Assembly: GCA_002269645.1 (NCBI GenBank)
Contig: NIVC01003406.1
Span: 12,747 to 76,746 of the forward strand
Direction: 5' to 3'
Origin: Macrostomum lignano
Taxonomy: Eukaryota
Length of the DNA: 64,000 nt
Shown here piece after piece: positions 33,923 to 46,200 of this stretch; within the stretch, counting starts at the first letter, position 1, and each line of letters starts with the position of its first letter. The translations under genes were made by a program, and so were the position numbers. A model generated the notes under the pieces. The model made no database searches, was not told where the DNA came from, and was given only the letters and a program-made list of their open reading frames with translations.

Positions 33923-35228
33923 TACGAGGGCTGAGCAATAACTTTCCGGATGTGCCCAGACAGAAATAGTTAGAGAGAAAAAACAGTTACATCTTTTCAA
34001 AGTACTCTCCAGCAGATTCGATGCAAATTTGCATGCGCTCAAACCACTTGTTGAAGCAGCTGGACCAATCTGAAGCAGGCACCTCCTCCACATGCCGGAT
34101 GAAGGCCTCCACTGCAGCTTCTGGTGATCCATAGCGGATTCCACGCATCCTGCGCTTGATTTGTGGAAACACAAAAAGTCGCAGGGGGCCAGGTCGGGGC
34201 TGTAGGGTGGATGACCGAGCTCTTGAATGCGCTCTCCGGCCAGGAACTACGCCACCTGTCGAGCCTTGTGGGCCGGGGCGTTGTCGTGATGGAGAAGGAT
34301 GCCACGAGCTCGAGTCCTTGGGCGACGCCTGGAGAGAGCGCTCAGCACTTCTGGCAGGCAAACATTGGCATACCAGTCATCGGTGACTGTGCGCTGCTGC
34401 ACGAGTGGAACTGTGGCCAGATGACCGGTTTTCGCCACAAAAATGGCACCATCTGCTTCGCCACGCTGCGCTCTCGCCGAAGCTGGGATGGTGGGGTGCC
34501 GCCAACTGGAGTCCACTGGGCCTACTGCTGCTTAGTCTCCGGGTCAAAACTATAGATCCAGGACTCGTCACCACAGACGATATCCCAGACCGAGCTTAAG
34601 CTGCCTCCGTTGAATCTATCGAGCATGGTGCGGCACCAGGTCACCCGAGCCTCCTGCTCCGGACTCAGCTGATGAGGCACCCAGCGTGCAGAAATCTTGC
34701 TCAGGTTGAGCTGTGAATGCAGGATCGTCCTGATGGATCCTGATGAAATGCCTACCTCTGCCTCTATCTGGGCCACAGTCACTCGGGCATCATCCTCAAC
34801 CATGGCCCGGACAGCAGCAACATTATCCTCGGTCGTTGCGGAGACAGACCGGCCGCTGCGCTCCTCATCATCCAGACTCTGCCTGCCGCGTCGAAATTCG
34901 GCAAACTAGTCAAAAACGGTGGATCTAGATGGTGCTTCATCCCCAAAAGCTCCTCGCAATCCCTCAAGACTTTCTTGCTGCCGCAAACCACTTTTAAGAT
35001 CGTGATAAATCATTGCCCTAAAATGACTCCTATTGAGCTCCATTGTGAATTTGATAGATAGGGTGGGTATGCTAGCTTGGTTTGGGTGCTGCACTGGCTA
35101 TATATGACCAGTGTGTCTGAAACTTTACAAACATTGTACTTATATAATGTGCTTGACACCTATGGTGTCAGATTTTGTGAGCCGCCTCTCAACTATACAC
35201 ATCCGGAAACTTATTGCTCAGCCTGATA
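33923..35228 (-). mobile_element. Decayed mariner (D,D34D-type) transposon
   Basis: ~30-bp TIRs (GGCTGAGCAATAAC/GTTTCCGGATGTG) at 33925-33954 and 35198-35226 with outer TA. Confidence 0.93.
33987..35043 (-). pseudogene. Mariner transposase pseudogene
   Basis: HTH MELNRSHFRAMIYHD, WVPHQLS, GDESW, LHHDNAPAH, PYSPDLAPCDF and YFEKM are spread over several frames, with in-frame stops at 34906 and 34522. Confidence 0.92.
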
Positions 35229-36045
35229 CTGACACTGTGCTTTTTGTACTGCCGATTTTGCAATTCCTGTGCAGTTTAATTATTTAAATCTTAAAATAAA
35301 CGTTTAAATTGACTGATGCAAGATACGCTTTGCAAGATGCTCGATAAAAACTCGGCTTCAATTAATTGGTTGCATTGAGATTGGAATTCTAGGCAATGGC
35401 CGGTCAATGCCATGAAGAGAAATTTTGGGCAATGTCCGTGAGTGTAGTCAAGTTTTGAGAAGAATGGAATGTTTAATTAACTGCATAGCTTTCCTTATTG
35501 ATGGAAAATTAATGAAAATGCGTTTTGCATTTAGCTCGTAATAGCTTGAACTTTTAACATTCGTTAGTATTCATGCATTTAAAGACAGGCTATTTGCGTT
35601 GACGCTCGTGCTAAAATTATTTTGCTGTTTCAGATTATTCGACAATCATTGAGTAAAATACTATAAGAATTTGTTCCTGTGCAGCATTGAGCCTATAAAA
35701 CAAGACAACTAAGATCTGCTTCCATTAACAAGGAAGAAACGCACGTGTCAGTACAGCAGTCCGACGTTGGAAGCGTCGACCGACGTACCCGACATACAGG
35801 ACGTCGATGGACTTCGCTGGCAAATGGCTCACATCGTTTGGTCGAGTACTCGTAAATTCGTTCTCCGTCGAGAGAACAATGGCATTACAAATGTAAAGAT
35901 TCAATTCTATATTACATATATTCTGAATAAAACAGCGCACGTACATGTACGAGTTTAGAGCAAATAGATACATGTACATTTCGACACCAGCCAGAAGGTA
36001 CAGTAGTTTAAGTTTATCATTCTCTCAACAACTGCGCAATACATT

Positions 36046-38415
36046 TCAAAACAGCGAGGCTGGCAGCAGAACTCCCAGAACGCCAAACTGCACAATTAAC
36101 CTGACTACGTTGCCAGCTTGCGAGCCGGTCAAGCCTTGAATTAAGATGCCAGATAGATAGTTCGTGCAGGGGACAAATATTGAGCAGCCTAGGTATGACC
36201 AGAAGCCAAACAGGTTGCATGGCAGTGCAATAAAAACCAGCACGGCGTTCACAATGAATAATAGTGGGACCCTCTGCAGCATTGCTTTGCCCCTTTCCGT
36301 GGCCAAGAATCCTTTCAGAGCATTCTGATGGACCGCGTTGCAAGCAGTCACGTAGATGACATTCCACACGGACAGCCGTAGCAGCAGAGGCAGTGCGATG
36401 CAGCACGCAGTCTTCACTATTAGATCGGGCTCCGGAAGGTGCTCTCGAGACTGCTGAAGATCCGGCGTGTGCCAGACTGTCAGGTAGAGCAGCACTGCGA
36501 ACGAATAGACCAGCTGACCCAGGCTGATCTCCGACACCTCGCACAGGTAAGGGGCGTGGCCTGCGCAGAAGAATAACAAGCTAAACGAAGCGAACTTGTT
36601 GCCATCATGCTGATGATTTAAAGAGGCCATTAGTGAGAAACCCAGAATGATGCACAGAGCGTAGACGTAAGCCTGCAAGTGAATTGGCGAAAGAATGATG
36701 TTTCGACATTGTTTTTTATACTCTAAAAGCTGACCCTTGACACTAAAGCTTCAAACTAATGAGACAAAGCATCAGTTCTGCATGCTGGAAAAAAGGAAAT
36801 TTGAGCCCGGAAAGTGAATGTCAATGCGACGGGGGGGGGGGGGGCAAGTAGGAATACCAAGCCATTTTTCCGCCCGTCTAGCTACCAAGAGGGGGAATCC
36901 CCCCCCTGACACTTTTGTTGCACCGTATTGGAGCAACGCTAGCACATAAAATTCAAGAACACGGGCCAAATTTTTGTTGCGCACCTTTTCAAACAAGAAT
37001 CAAGTCGCCAGCCCTTCGGACCGTCGAGATATTCGACGATTCTGCCAGAAGGTCGGATTTTTCCCATAAGCGCTAGTGTATTCAGTACACCCCTGTGCGC
37101 CAATCAGCACTGCACCTCAGTGCAGCCTGGCCAGGTCTCCAAATTTCAACAGCACGTCGATCACATGTGTCTGCATCAGCTGTGACTTCTTTGGTCACTA
37201 GCCTTCACCCAGGCGGAGCTTCTGGACCTTCAACAGGTGGCACCAGGTGACTATGGACACTCTGATGCGAATTTCTCTAGTTTCGCCGATCAAGCCTCGA
37301 CAGTGGGCAAGCCTCGACTGTTGGTTTCGGTCTTGTGAAGGACAATGCAGTTGTTTTCGATGTTGTAAAATTTTGGTCTTATGAAATAAGTCAGTCTGTA
37401 CCTCTGGACAAAACCAACCGCAATCGAGTCCTACGAGGTACTCCGCGAGACCAGTCAACCAGAGATGTCCCACTTCCTCCAGCGGGTGCTTAGGCATCCA
37501 CGAAATCGACTGCCTTTTGATATTTTTAGACGACTTCGAAGACAGTTACCATTCTAGTTAGATCATAAGGTGGCCCGAAATCCCACATAATCATCTACGT
37601 TATCCCCCGGGATCACAGGAACGGGACCAAAATGGGGGGGATGTTTCGAATTTCTATTCGATTGATCCAACTCGATCATTATCCGACCTTCAGGCTCCAA
37701 TCCGATGCTTAAGCTATCACCGGCTCGAAATGTTAACTTTATATCACACCTGCAGCAGAGTATACACGGTGAACTGCAGCACAGGATAAACGACCACAAG
37801 CAGCAGAGCAGTCCCTGTAGTCATCAGCTTCTCCGGTGTCCAGTCGGTAGATCGCAGCTCCGGCAGCTGATTGTACCATCGCACCAGCAGGAAGCCGCAG
37901 AAGAAACTGTAGACAGTCGCCAGAAGGCCGATGTGCTGTACAGGCAGCAGAATGAGGTAAAACGCCGAAGCATAAAAAATGTAGGGCGTAAACTCGAACG
38001 CTCCATCCGTGTACCAGAAGATGGCGCCACTGAGTATGATGTGCAGCGCCAGGCTGTAGCTTGGCGCCATCCACAGCACCACCAGCAAGACAAAGCCGAT
38101 TACCAGCGGCTCAGCTAGCGAGCTGAACAACCGTCTCAACGGTGCCAGCGTCTCAACGTCGTGCATGACCTCCGCGGCACCGACAGCATTTTGCCTAGCG
38201 ACCGAGTACCGGGAAAACGTCAGCCGATCCAGCGGGCACCGAGCTTCGCGTCGATTCTGCCGACACAGTCCCTCGAGACAGGCCCGGCAGAAGCGGTGCT
38301 GACAGGGCGACGGTCGGGCCAGCTCGGCCGCCGATGCTAGACTTTCTAAGCAGATGACGCACTTGGAGCCTGCGTCTGCCGAATCCGCAGTTGAGGACTG
38401 TCTGATGACTTCCAT
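36046..38415 (-). CDS. RING-finger (C3HC3D) polytopic membrane protein, putative E3 ligase, ~430 aa. Exons 38415-37750 and 36672-36046
   Basis: Start context GCCACCATGG. RING CVIC...CQHRFCRAC...CPLD. Donor CAG|GTGTGA and acceptor TTGCAG|GCT join two hydrophobic ORFs in phase 0. Confidence 0.8.
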
Positions 38416-39049
38416 GGTGGCAGATTTCACCCGACCGCTACAGCAACTGGTCTGTTGTCTGCTGCATATCTACAGTACGAGTGGCTTTGTCACGACTAAT
38501 AATAGCTGGAGAATTGTACAGCCTCGACAAAAACATATGGACAGTGAGATCAATGTACCTTATTTAACTACCCATGCACTCTGGACGGGTGGTTCTTTCT
38601 CTTATTCACCCCAGCCGCAGCCAACACTCTTTAGTGCATGCACTGCAGCTGGAAACAGATAATAAACTGCACATATGCAGTTCTGTTTAGCGGTGTACCT
38701 CAAGCGTTCACTCTAGCGTACGCTCTTCACCAAATTCTTAGCCAAATGTGCATTGAGCAATTTAGTACCTAGTCTGCGAGTTATGAGCATTCGTTCCTTT
38801 AAATTCAATTTTTTCTGTGTTGCTGTTGTTACAAGGCCTGTTCACGTTATCACCAGTAGCTAAGCGGGCCAAAAACTGCTCAAATCGGGGAACCATCAAC
38901 CATGCAGCTGTACATTGATTTGTGCGTTTTCGAGTTCGATATAGTTCGATAAAGTTCGATTCAGTATTTAGTGGGCGAATCGAGACGTTGTAACAATATT
39001 CCTCCGAGGTTTAAAGCTCTACCTCTAGATATGTGTACCCCTCGTCGTA

Positions 39050-40250
39050 GTCTATAGAGTAGAAAGATGATCTGTAGAACAGCAAGATGATCTGTAGAGC
39101 AGCAAGATGATCTGTAGAGCAGCAAGATGGTCTGTAGAGCAGCAAGATGATCTGTAGAGCCGCAAGATGATCTGTAGAGCAGCAAGATGATCTGTAGAGC
39201 AGCAAGATGATCTGTAGAGCAGCAAGATGATCTGTAGAGCAGCAAGATGATCTGTAGAGCAGCAAGATGATCTGTAGAGCAGCAAGATGATCTGTAGAAC
39301 AGCAAGATGATCTGTAGAGCAGCAAGATTGTCTATAGAGTAGAAAGATGGTCTGTTGAGCATCAAGATTGTCTGTAGAGCAATGAGATGGTCTGTAGAGC
39401 AGCAAGATTGTCTATAGAGTAGAAAGATGATCTATAGAGCAACAAGATGGTCTGTAGAGCAGCAAGATTGTCTATAGAGTAGAAAGATGGTCTGTTGAGC
39501 ATCAAGATTGTCTGTAGAGCAATGAGATGATCTGCAGAGCAGCAAGATGGTCTGTAGAGCAGCAAGATGGTCTGTAGAGCAGCAAGATGGTCTGCAGAGC
39601 AGCAAGATGGTCTGTAGAGCAGCAAGATGGTCTGTAGAGCAGCAAGATGGTCTGTAGAGCAGCAAGATGGTCTGTAGAGCAGCAAGATGGTCTGTAGAGC
39701 AGCAAGATGGTCTGTAGAGCAGCAAGATGATCTGTAGAGCAGCAAGATGATCTGTAGAGCAGCAAGATGATCTGTAGAACAGCAAGATGATCTGTAGAGC
39801 AGCAAGATGATCTGTAGAGTAGAAAGATCGTCTGTAGAGCAGCAAGGTGGTCTGTAGAGCAGAAAGATCGTCTGTAGAGCAGCAAGGTGGTCTGTAGAGC
39901 AGAAAGATGGTCTGTAGAGCAGCAAGGTGGTCTGGTAGAGCAGAAAGATCGTCTGTAGAGCAACAAGATGGTCTGTAGAGCAGAAAGATCGTCTGTAGAG
40001 TAGAAAGATCGTCTGTAGAGCAACAAGATGGTCTGTAGAGCAGCAAGATTGTCTGTAGAGCAACAAGATGGTCTGTAGAGCAGAAAGATCGTCTGTAGAG
40101 CAACAAGATGGTCTGTAGAGCAGAAAGATGGTCTGTAGAGCAACAAGATGGTCTGTAGAGCAGAAAGATGGTCTGTAGAGCAGCAAGGTGGTCTGTAGAG
40201 CAGAAAGATCGTCTGTAGAGCAGCAAGGTGGTCTGTAGAGCAGCAAGGTG
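39050..40250. repeat. 20-bp minisatellite (GATCTGTAGAGCAGCAAGAT), about 1.2 kb
   Basis: Direct reading. It explains the artefactual ORFs in this stretch. Confidence 0.97.
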
Positions 40251-40759
40251 GGAGGAAGAGAGTTCCCGCATGAATTTTATGGCCAAATTCAAATTAAATC
40301 ATTTTTCAGCTCAATCCTCGACTCAAAGCAAATATTCGTCACATTTTTTGTAAAAATTAATTCAAAGTCGCTCAAAAGTCGCTTTTTTTGGATACGAAAA
40401 TATATTGCCCAGCAACGGCGTTCCAGTTTAGTCGGGTCAGCTGTGTTATCTTAAACGAAAATAACTAGTACGGAAAGCATTAACGAGACTAAAATCTGAT
40501 CTCACTGGTTTGCTGGAATTATCTGCCGTTTTGGTCTGACTAAAAGGAACAGCGAGCCAGCAGTTTGCAGTGATTTTATTCTGTCTGGCCAAGGCAAGGG
40601 TCAAGAGCTGTCAGTGCAGGAGAGCTGCTCTGGAAAGGCAGCGAAAGTTGGAATGGAGAGTTACAAAATTAAAAAAATGCGCACAGGAAAGTACTTTGGC
40701 TGTTCTTTCAGATGCTTTTCACCAAGCAGTTGGTTCGTTCCGCATGCTCAGCGAGCTGC

Positions 40760-41785
40760 TCATTGGCTGAGCAGGTTCAGCGTCTGCAGCATGACTTCGG
40801 TCTCCGCGGCGAGCCGTTTCGGCAGGCTAGACAGCGGCGGGATGGCGTTGAACACCTCGACGGGGTCCATAGCGGCCGCGTCGGTGTCGGCCGCCGCCGA
40901 GGACAGCCGCAGCCAGAGCGCGAAGTGCACCTCTGGCTTGAAGCCGAAGCTGGCCAGTCGGCGCTTCAGCGACTCCCACGCCTCCGGCGGGGCGTCGCGA
41001 AACGCGGAGCGCATCAGGCGCAGGGCGCAGTGGGCCAGCGGCCCCACCCAATCAGGCGGCGGCGGCGACAGCAGCGACTGTTCGGCGCTGTCCACGGCTG
41101 ACACCGTCGAGTTCGTCGACGACAGCGACAGTGCGGTTGCGAGGCCGTTGTAGCAGCTGTTGTTGTTGCTGCCCTGCCGCATGAACAGCTGGCGGAACTC
41201 GGCCTTGTGGTAGCGGAAGGCGCAGAACGCCGATACGACGCGGCCGTCGTCGATCAGCGGAGGCGGCAGCACCACCGGAGCTTCGTCAGCTGGCTCCGGA
41301 GACACCTGGGACGGGGCCGACTCGACCTCGGCCGCCATCTCGTCAGCAGATTCGTGCGAAGACTCTTTGGACTTGGACGTTGTGGACTTCTGCTGCTCCT
41401 GATCGCTGGTGGTTGTGTGCATGCCGGTGCCCAGCAGCGGCACTGGCGTCGAATCGTCCTCAGTCGGGTGTTGCGTCGCCGGCTCCTGCTGCTCGCCCGG
41501 GCTGGAGGCTCGATCCACCTCGTTGGAGATTCCCCGAGGAGTGGCCGACGAGGAAGGAGAGCCGCCGACCCGCTGCTCCTCCGTCATGTAGTCATCGATG
41601 TGGCTCTGCAGGACCTTCACTTCATCGGCGAAGCGGCTGACATCGTCGCGAGCGTGAGCGAATTCGTCCGCTGCCTCGGCGTCGTACAGCAGGCCAAGCA
41701 GTTTGCGCAGAAAGTCTTTGTAGGACTCGACAAAGACTTCGCGCGCCTCGAGGTAAGCCTGCTTAGATTCTTCGTTAATAGACAT
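40760..41785 (-). CDS. Single-exon hypothetical protein, 341 aa
   Basis: Long GC-rich ORF with the same codon style as the neighbouring genes. Helical N-terminus, acidic S/P-rich linker, globular-looking C-terminus. No family recognised. Confidence 0.72.
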   Translation of the reverse strand: MSINEESKQAYLEAREVFVESYKDFLRKLLGLLYDAEAADEFAHARDDVSRFADEVKVLQSHIDDYMTEEQRVGGSPSSSATPRGISNEVDRASSPGEQQEPATQHPTEDDSTPVPLLGTGMHTTTSDQEQQKSTTSKSKESSHESADEMAAEVESAPSQVSPEPADEAPVVLPPPLIDDGRVVSAFCAFRYHKAEFRQLFMRQGSNNNSCYNGLATALSLSSTNSTVSAVDSAEQSLLSPPPPDWVGPLAHCALRLMRSAFRDAPPEAWESLKRRLASFGFKPEVHFALWLRLSSAAADTDAAAMDPVEVFNAIPPLSSLPKRLAAETEVMLQTLNLLSQ

Positions 41786-43281
41786 TTTGTTACGGAAGTT
41801 GTTAGTTAGCTGGAGCACCACGCGTGAATAGCTACTTCCGCTTGCGGCTTACTTTCAAACTTGCTGCGAACTGCAAGTGGCCTAAAAAGTTCAAATTCTT
41901 GCTCTGGGCAAAATGATTTTCACTGTACTTGCTACGGTAGGAAGCTGGGGGGCAAGGCAAGCAAAGCATTGAGTGTCTGGAAGCGTTGTTTCTTAGTGAA
42001 AATTAGACTTTCGCCATAGACTAAAGTTAAGTGTTGTTCACACCGGGTTATAGTGCTGCCAATTAGTCTGAAATGCAAAGCGTATGCTTGTATTTAGACA
42101 ATCTTATAAAGTGCACATGCATTGGATAGATATAATTATCGGTTTGGCAACTTCGATCTGATTATTACAGTGTGGATACATGTACAGAACGTGCAATCAG
42201 CTCAAATTTAATGAAACTTCAAAGGTATTTACGAGCGTATATGCACACCAAGTGTGCCTGTACTTTTTTGCTCAAGTATTCATGTAGCTCAGCCTGAGCA
42301 CTTTCTCCGAAACCCTCATGAGAACTTTTTCGTTCTCACTTTATTGTACACCAGTTGTAGGATTGAATGAATATGTATCAAACTTATTTACTCGTACATG
42401 TATATCGATGTGACTTGTTCGCATTCTTGAATTTACTTATTGATCAAAACGATCGAATTAAGTGGGCATGCGAAAGCATTCAAGGCTTCCATTAAATTCA
42501 TGTAGCAGGATTTGCCACGTTAGAGCTATCATGCGTAGCAAGACTGATTTTTAACTTTAAAACACTAGACAGAGTCGGGGCTAAAACTGCAAATCGATTT
42601 CAACTACATGTATAGTTTCACGTTTAAGAGACTGCAGCAGGCTATCATCAGCTACGCGCTAATTCCCTTGTAGATAATTATATATATGTGTATTTTTATA
42701 ATATTATAATACTGTACTATATGATATACATGTACTACGTGCGTGGTGTACTTATCGAAACATTGTTACGACGCCCGATATTTTATACTGACATCTGTAG
42801 TATTTTAATTTGGGTTTAATTGGAGTACTCGACAAAGCTCAACAGACGATAAACTTACTTCATAAAAGAGAGAATTTTTACTTTTCTACTCGTAGTTACT
42901 TAATGATTCGTACTTGATATCTTAAAAAATAGTTTTGATAGTGTTTCTTCTTTAGTGGACCATAACTTTATTAACAGTACTGCTCGTACAGTTTTAGCTT
43001 ATTTTATAACAGTAAAACAAGATAAAAAAGAACAAAACATAATGTGGGCGATAAAGATCTTCTTAAAATCTTTCATCCTCTTTCTTTAAATAAAAGTTTC
43101 AGTTAATTTGTTTTTAACTGCGTGATATTCGATAATTTACTTCTTTTGATTTCATCGCAGTGCAATAAATAAGTTAAAGTGGCCGTCGCTGAGCGCGGAC
43201 CTGAGACTGCAAGTCTATTCCTTCTATTAAAATAAAGCATTTATTAAAAAAAAGAAATAAAAAGAAAACACAACTACGAAA

Positions 43282-46200
43282 ATGGGAAACATTCATACTG
43301 TTGGACCAAATGAAGCACTAGTAATTTCAGGTAAGCAATATCAAACCTTTCTTTTTGATTGACTGATTTCATTCCATGTATTTTAGAGCGGTAAAAATTT
43401 GATGATTAGGAAGTAACTGAAGCCTAATAATGAGTATTTTTTAAATGAAGAATTTAGTACATATTGCTAAATATGTTCGGGTCTTAATAATTAAGTTAAT
43501 TAATCGTGTTTTTGACATTTTCAAGTAATTTGGAGTTTATAGTATCATTTATGCTGTCTAATTTTTTATAAAGGATTCGTTTATTTATTTATTAGTTTAA
43601 AATATGTGTGAATGGTTTAAAGCATAAGCAGATTAGTAGTCTACTATTGGAAAGCATTTTTGAAGTGTATATGACAATTTTGAAGAGCTATTTAGTATTT
43701 TGGTAGCTACAAGTGTAATTCTGCCTTAAAGACGAATAAAACTTATTCAAAAATATTGTATTTAAGAATACACTTTCATTGTTGGTTCATTATTTCATAC
43801 TTGACTTTCAATATATACTATCTACATGAATTTGCTAGTCAAATACACTTTACATGAAATATTTTGCACTTTTTGCCTTTATCAACTATGATATCAAAAT
43901 TAAAACTTTGTGTAGAAAAACACAAAACTACTAAAATGATGTCACTCATAGTTTTATCTCATGCATATACGAAATTTAAACTTTGTTCTGAGCAGATCTC
44001 CTTTGTTTAAAACCGATTATTATTAAGTCCTTGATATTTCAACAAACTGAGGGAAATATTCTTTATGATATGGTGGACTGTACTGAGCCTATATACTCCT
44101 GCTATTATTATTAATAGTGTTACCAATAGTTGCTAATCTGTTAGAGATAGGAGCATTATTTGCGCAGGCGAATCGTCACCGCGTCCTTGGTCAAAATCTC
44201 CCTCTCCGTGACAGTTGAGACTCGGTGGTAGCGGGCAGGAGAGAGGCAGTGAGAGCTCAAGCCAAATGGGGTGCCATCGCACTTCAGCAACGGTTGCTGA
44301 GCCTTGAGCAGTGAGTGGGTGAGGAAAACTGGGGCAGAGAAAGACTGCGAGGTCTGGGATGAATTGCGAGGGAAGCGGGGTGCCTGGTGGGAGCGATCTT
44401 CTTTTGCAGCTCAGCGAAATGGGCAGAGTACACTGCTGTGCCTATTTTTAGCCAGCTCAGGCGACAGCATTCTGGAGTATCGATTTTCCACATTCTTTCT
44501 CTTCTCTGCTGCCGCCGTCTTTCGGTGCCATGCGTTAAATGTATTTTGGCATAGCGGAGTACATCGTCTGCGGGCGGTGACTGCAGCTGCCTGCAGACAA
44601 TATCTTCAAATAAATCTTTCCGTTCAGTAGCACGAATAAGGCTTCTTTAATGTGTTGAGTTTAAAAAAAACTTTGGAATCTGGAATCTTGGGATTCTGAC
44701 GCCTAGTGAAAACCCAGTTGCCAATGCATTTTGCCCATGGTTAAACCCATGATTTCAATTAGCACCTTCGGAAAGAAGCATTCAGACATTGCCCCCGTCT
44801 CTGTTCATCCGCATGGAGCGAAGAGCAGGCCTTAGCCCCCTCTCATTACTTCTCTGTTTGCTAAGCTTTGCTGTGCCGAAGGGTAGCAATGCTTACTTCC
44901 CCCTGCTCTCAAAGCATTTGCGTCCACACAATCAGAGCAAGAGTTTGCTGTGTGTGTGTGTGTGTGTGTGTGCTCACGTAGGGCTTTAATAGATTAACTG
45001 CAGTCGGATTGCCATGACAACCGGTTTGCATACCGGACTAGCTGGGCTGTGAGCGGGTGAATAATAAAACCCTCTATTGACTTTGTCTATTTATAGCTAG
45101 CTTAATTCATCACAGGCTAATTTGTCGTTCCTTAGCAACGCATGTGTCTTTAAGTACCTAGAATTTGTTTAATCCGCCCCATATCTGCCTCATCACTCAG
45201 GTGGCTGCTGCGGCGATCAGTCCGTTCGTACCGTGATCGGCGGTTGGGGCTGGGCCTGGTGGTGGGTCACCGAAGTTCAAACGTGAGCTGACAGTAGTAT
45301 CTGAAGCATATTTTATAGTGCTTCTATTGTATTATGGACTCTACTGTTGCAATCTACTTTTGCGCAGGCTGACGCTGGAAGTGATGACGCTGACTCCAGT
45401 GTGCGAGAATGTGGAAACATCCGAGGGCGTGCCGGTCACGGTCACTGGTGAGGCAGCTGTCAACTGGGCTTGCCTGATGGTCTAAAATTAGGGGTCCATG
45501 GCTCTGACTATAGGTTCATGAAGCTTACTCGGAATCCACAACACTGTGTACAGGTCTTAAAGAGCATCACCACTAACTAGGGTTCTGCAATATTCATTAA
45601 GACTCCATGATACTGATTAGGGTTCCACGGTACTAATTAGGGATCCATGATACTGATTAGGGTTCCACGATACTAATTAGGGATCCATGATACTCCTTAG
45701 GGTTCCACGATACTAATTAGGGATCCATGATACTGATTAGGGTTCCACGATACTAATTAGGGATCCATGATACTGATTAGGGTTCCACGGTACTAATTAG
45801 GGATCCATGATACTGATTAGGGTTCCACGATACTAATTAGGGATCCATGATACTCCTTAGGGTTCCACGATACTAATTAGGGATCCATGATACTGATTAG
45901 GGTTCCACGGTACTAATTAGGGATCCATGATACTGATTAGGGTTCCACGATACTAATTAGGGATCCATGATACTCCTTAGGGTTCCACGATACTAATTAG
46001 GGATCCATGATACTCCTTAGGGTTACATGATACTAATTAGGGATCCATGATACTGATTAGGGTTCCACGGTACTAATTAGGGATCCATGATACTGATTAG
46101 GGTTCCACGGTACAAATTAGGGATCCATGATACTGATTAGGGCTCCACGATACTAATTAGGGATCCATGGTACTGATTAGGGTTCCACGATACTAATTAG

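Noticed and set aside
37198-37799. Protein-like ORFs inside the RING gene intron (FGPVPVIPG, MPKHPLEE)
   Set aside because: Only a vague carboxylesterase-like resemblance, in different frames, with no catalytic motifs
38961-40292. Several 100-290-aa ORFs (LLLYRSSCCSTDHLAALQ...)
   Set aside because: They are translations of a 20-bp minisatellite, open in all three frames of one strand, with no gene signals
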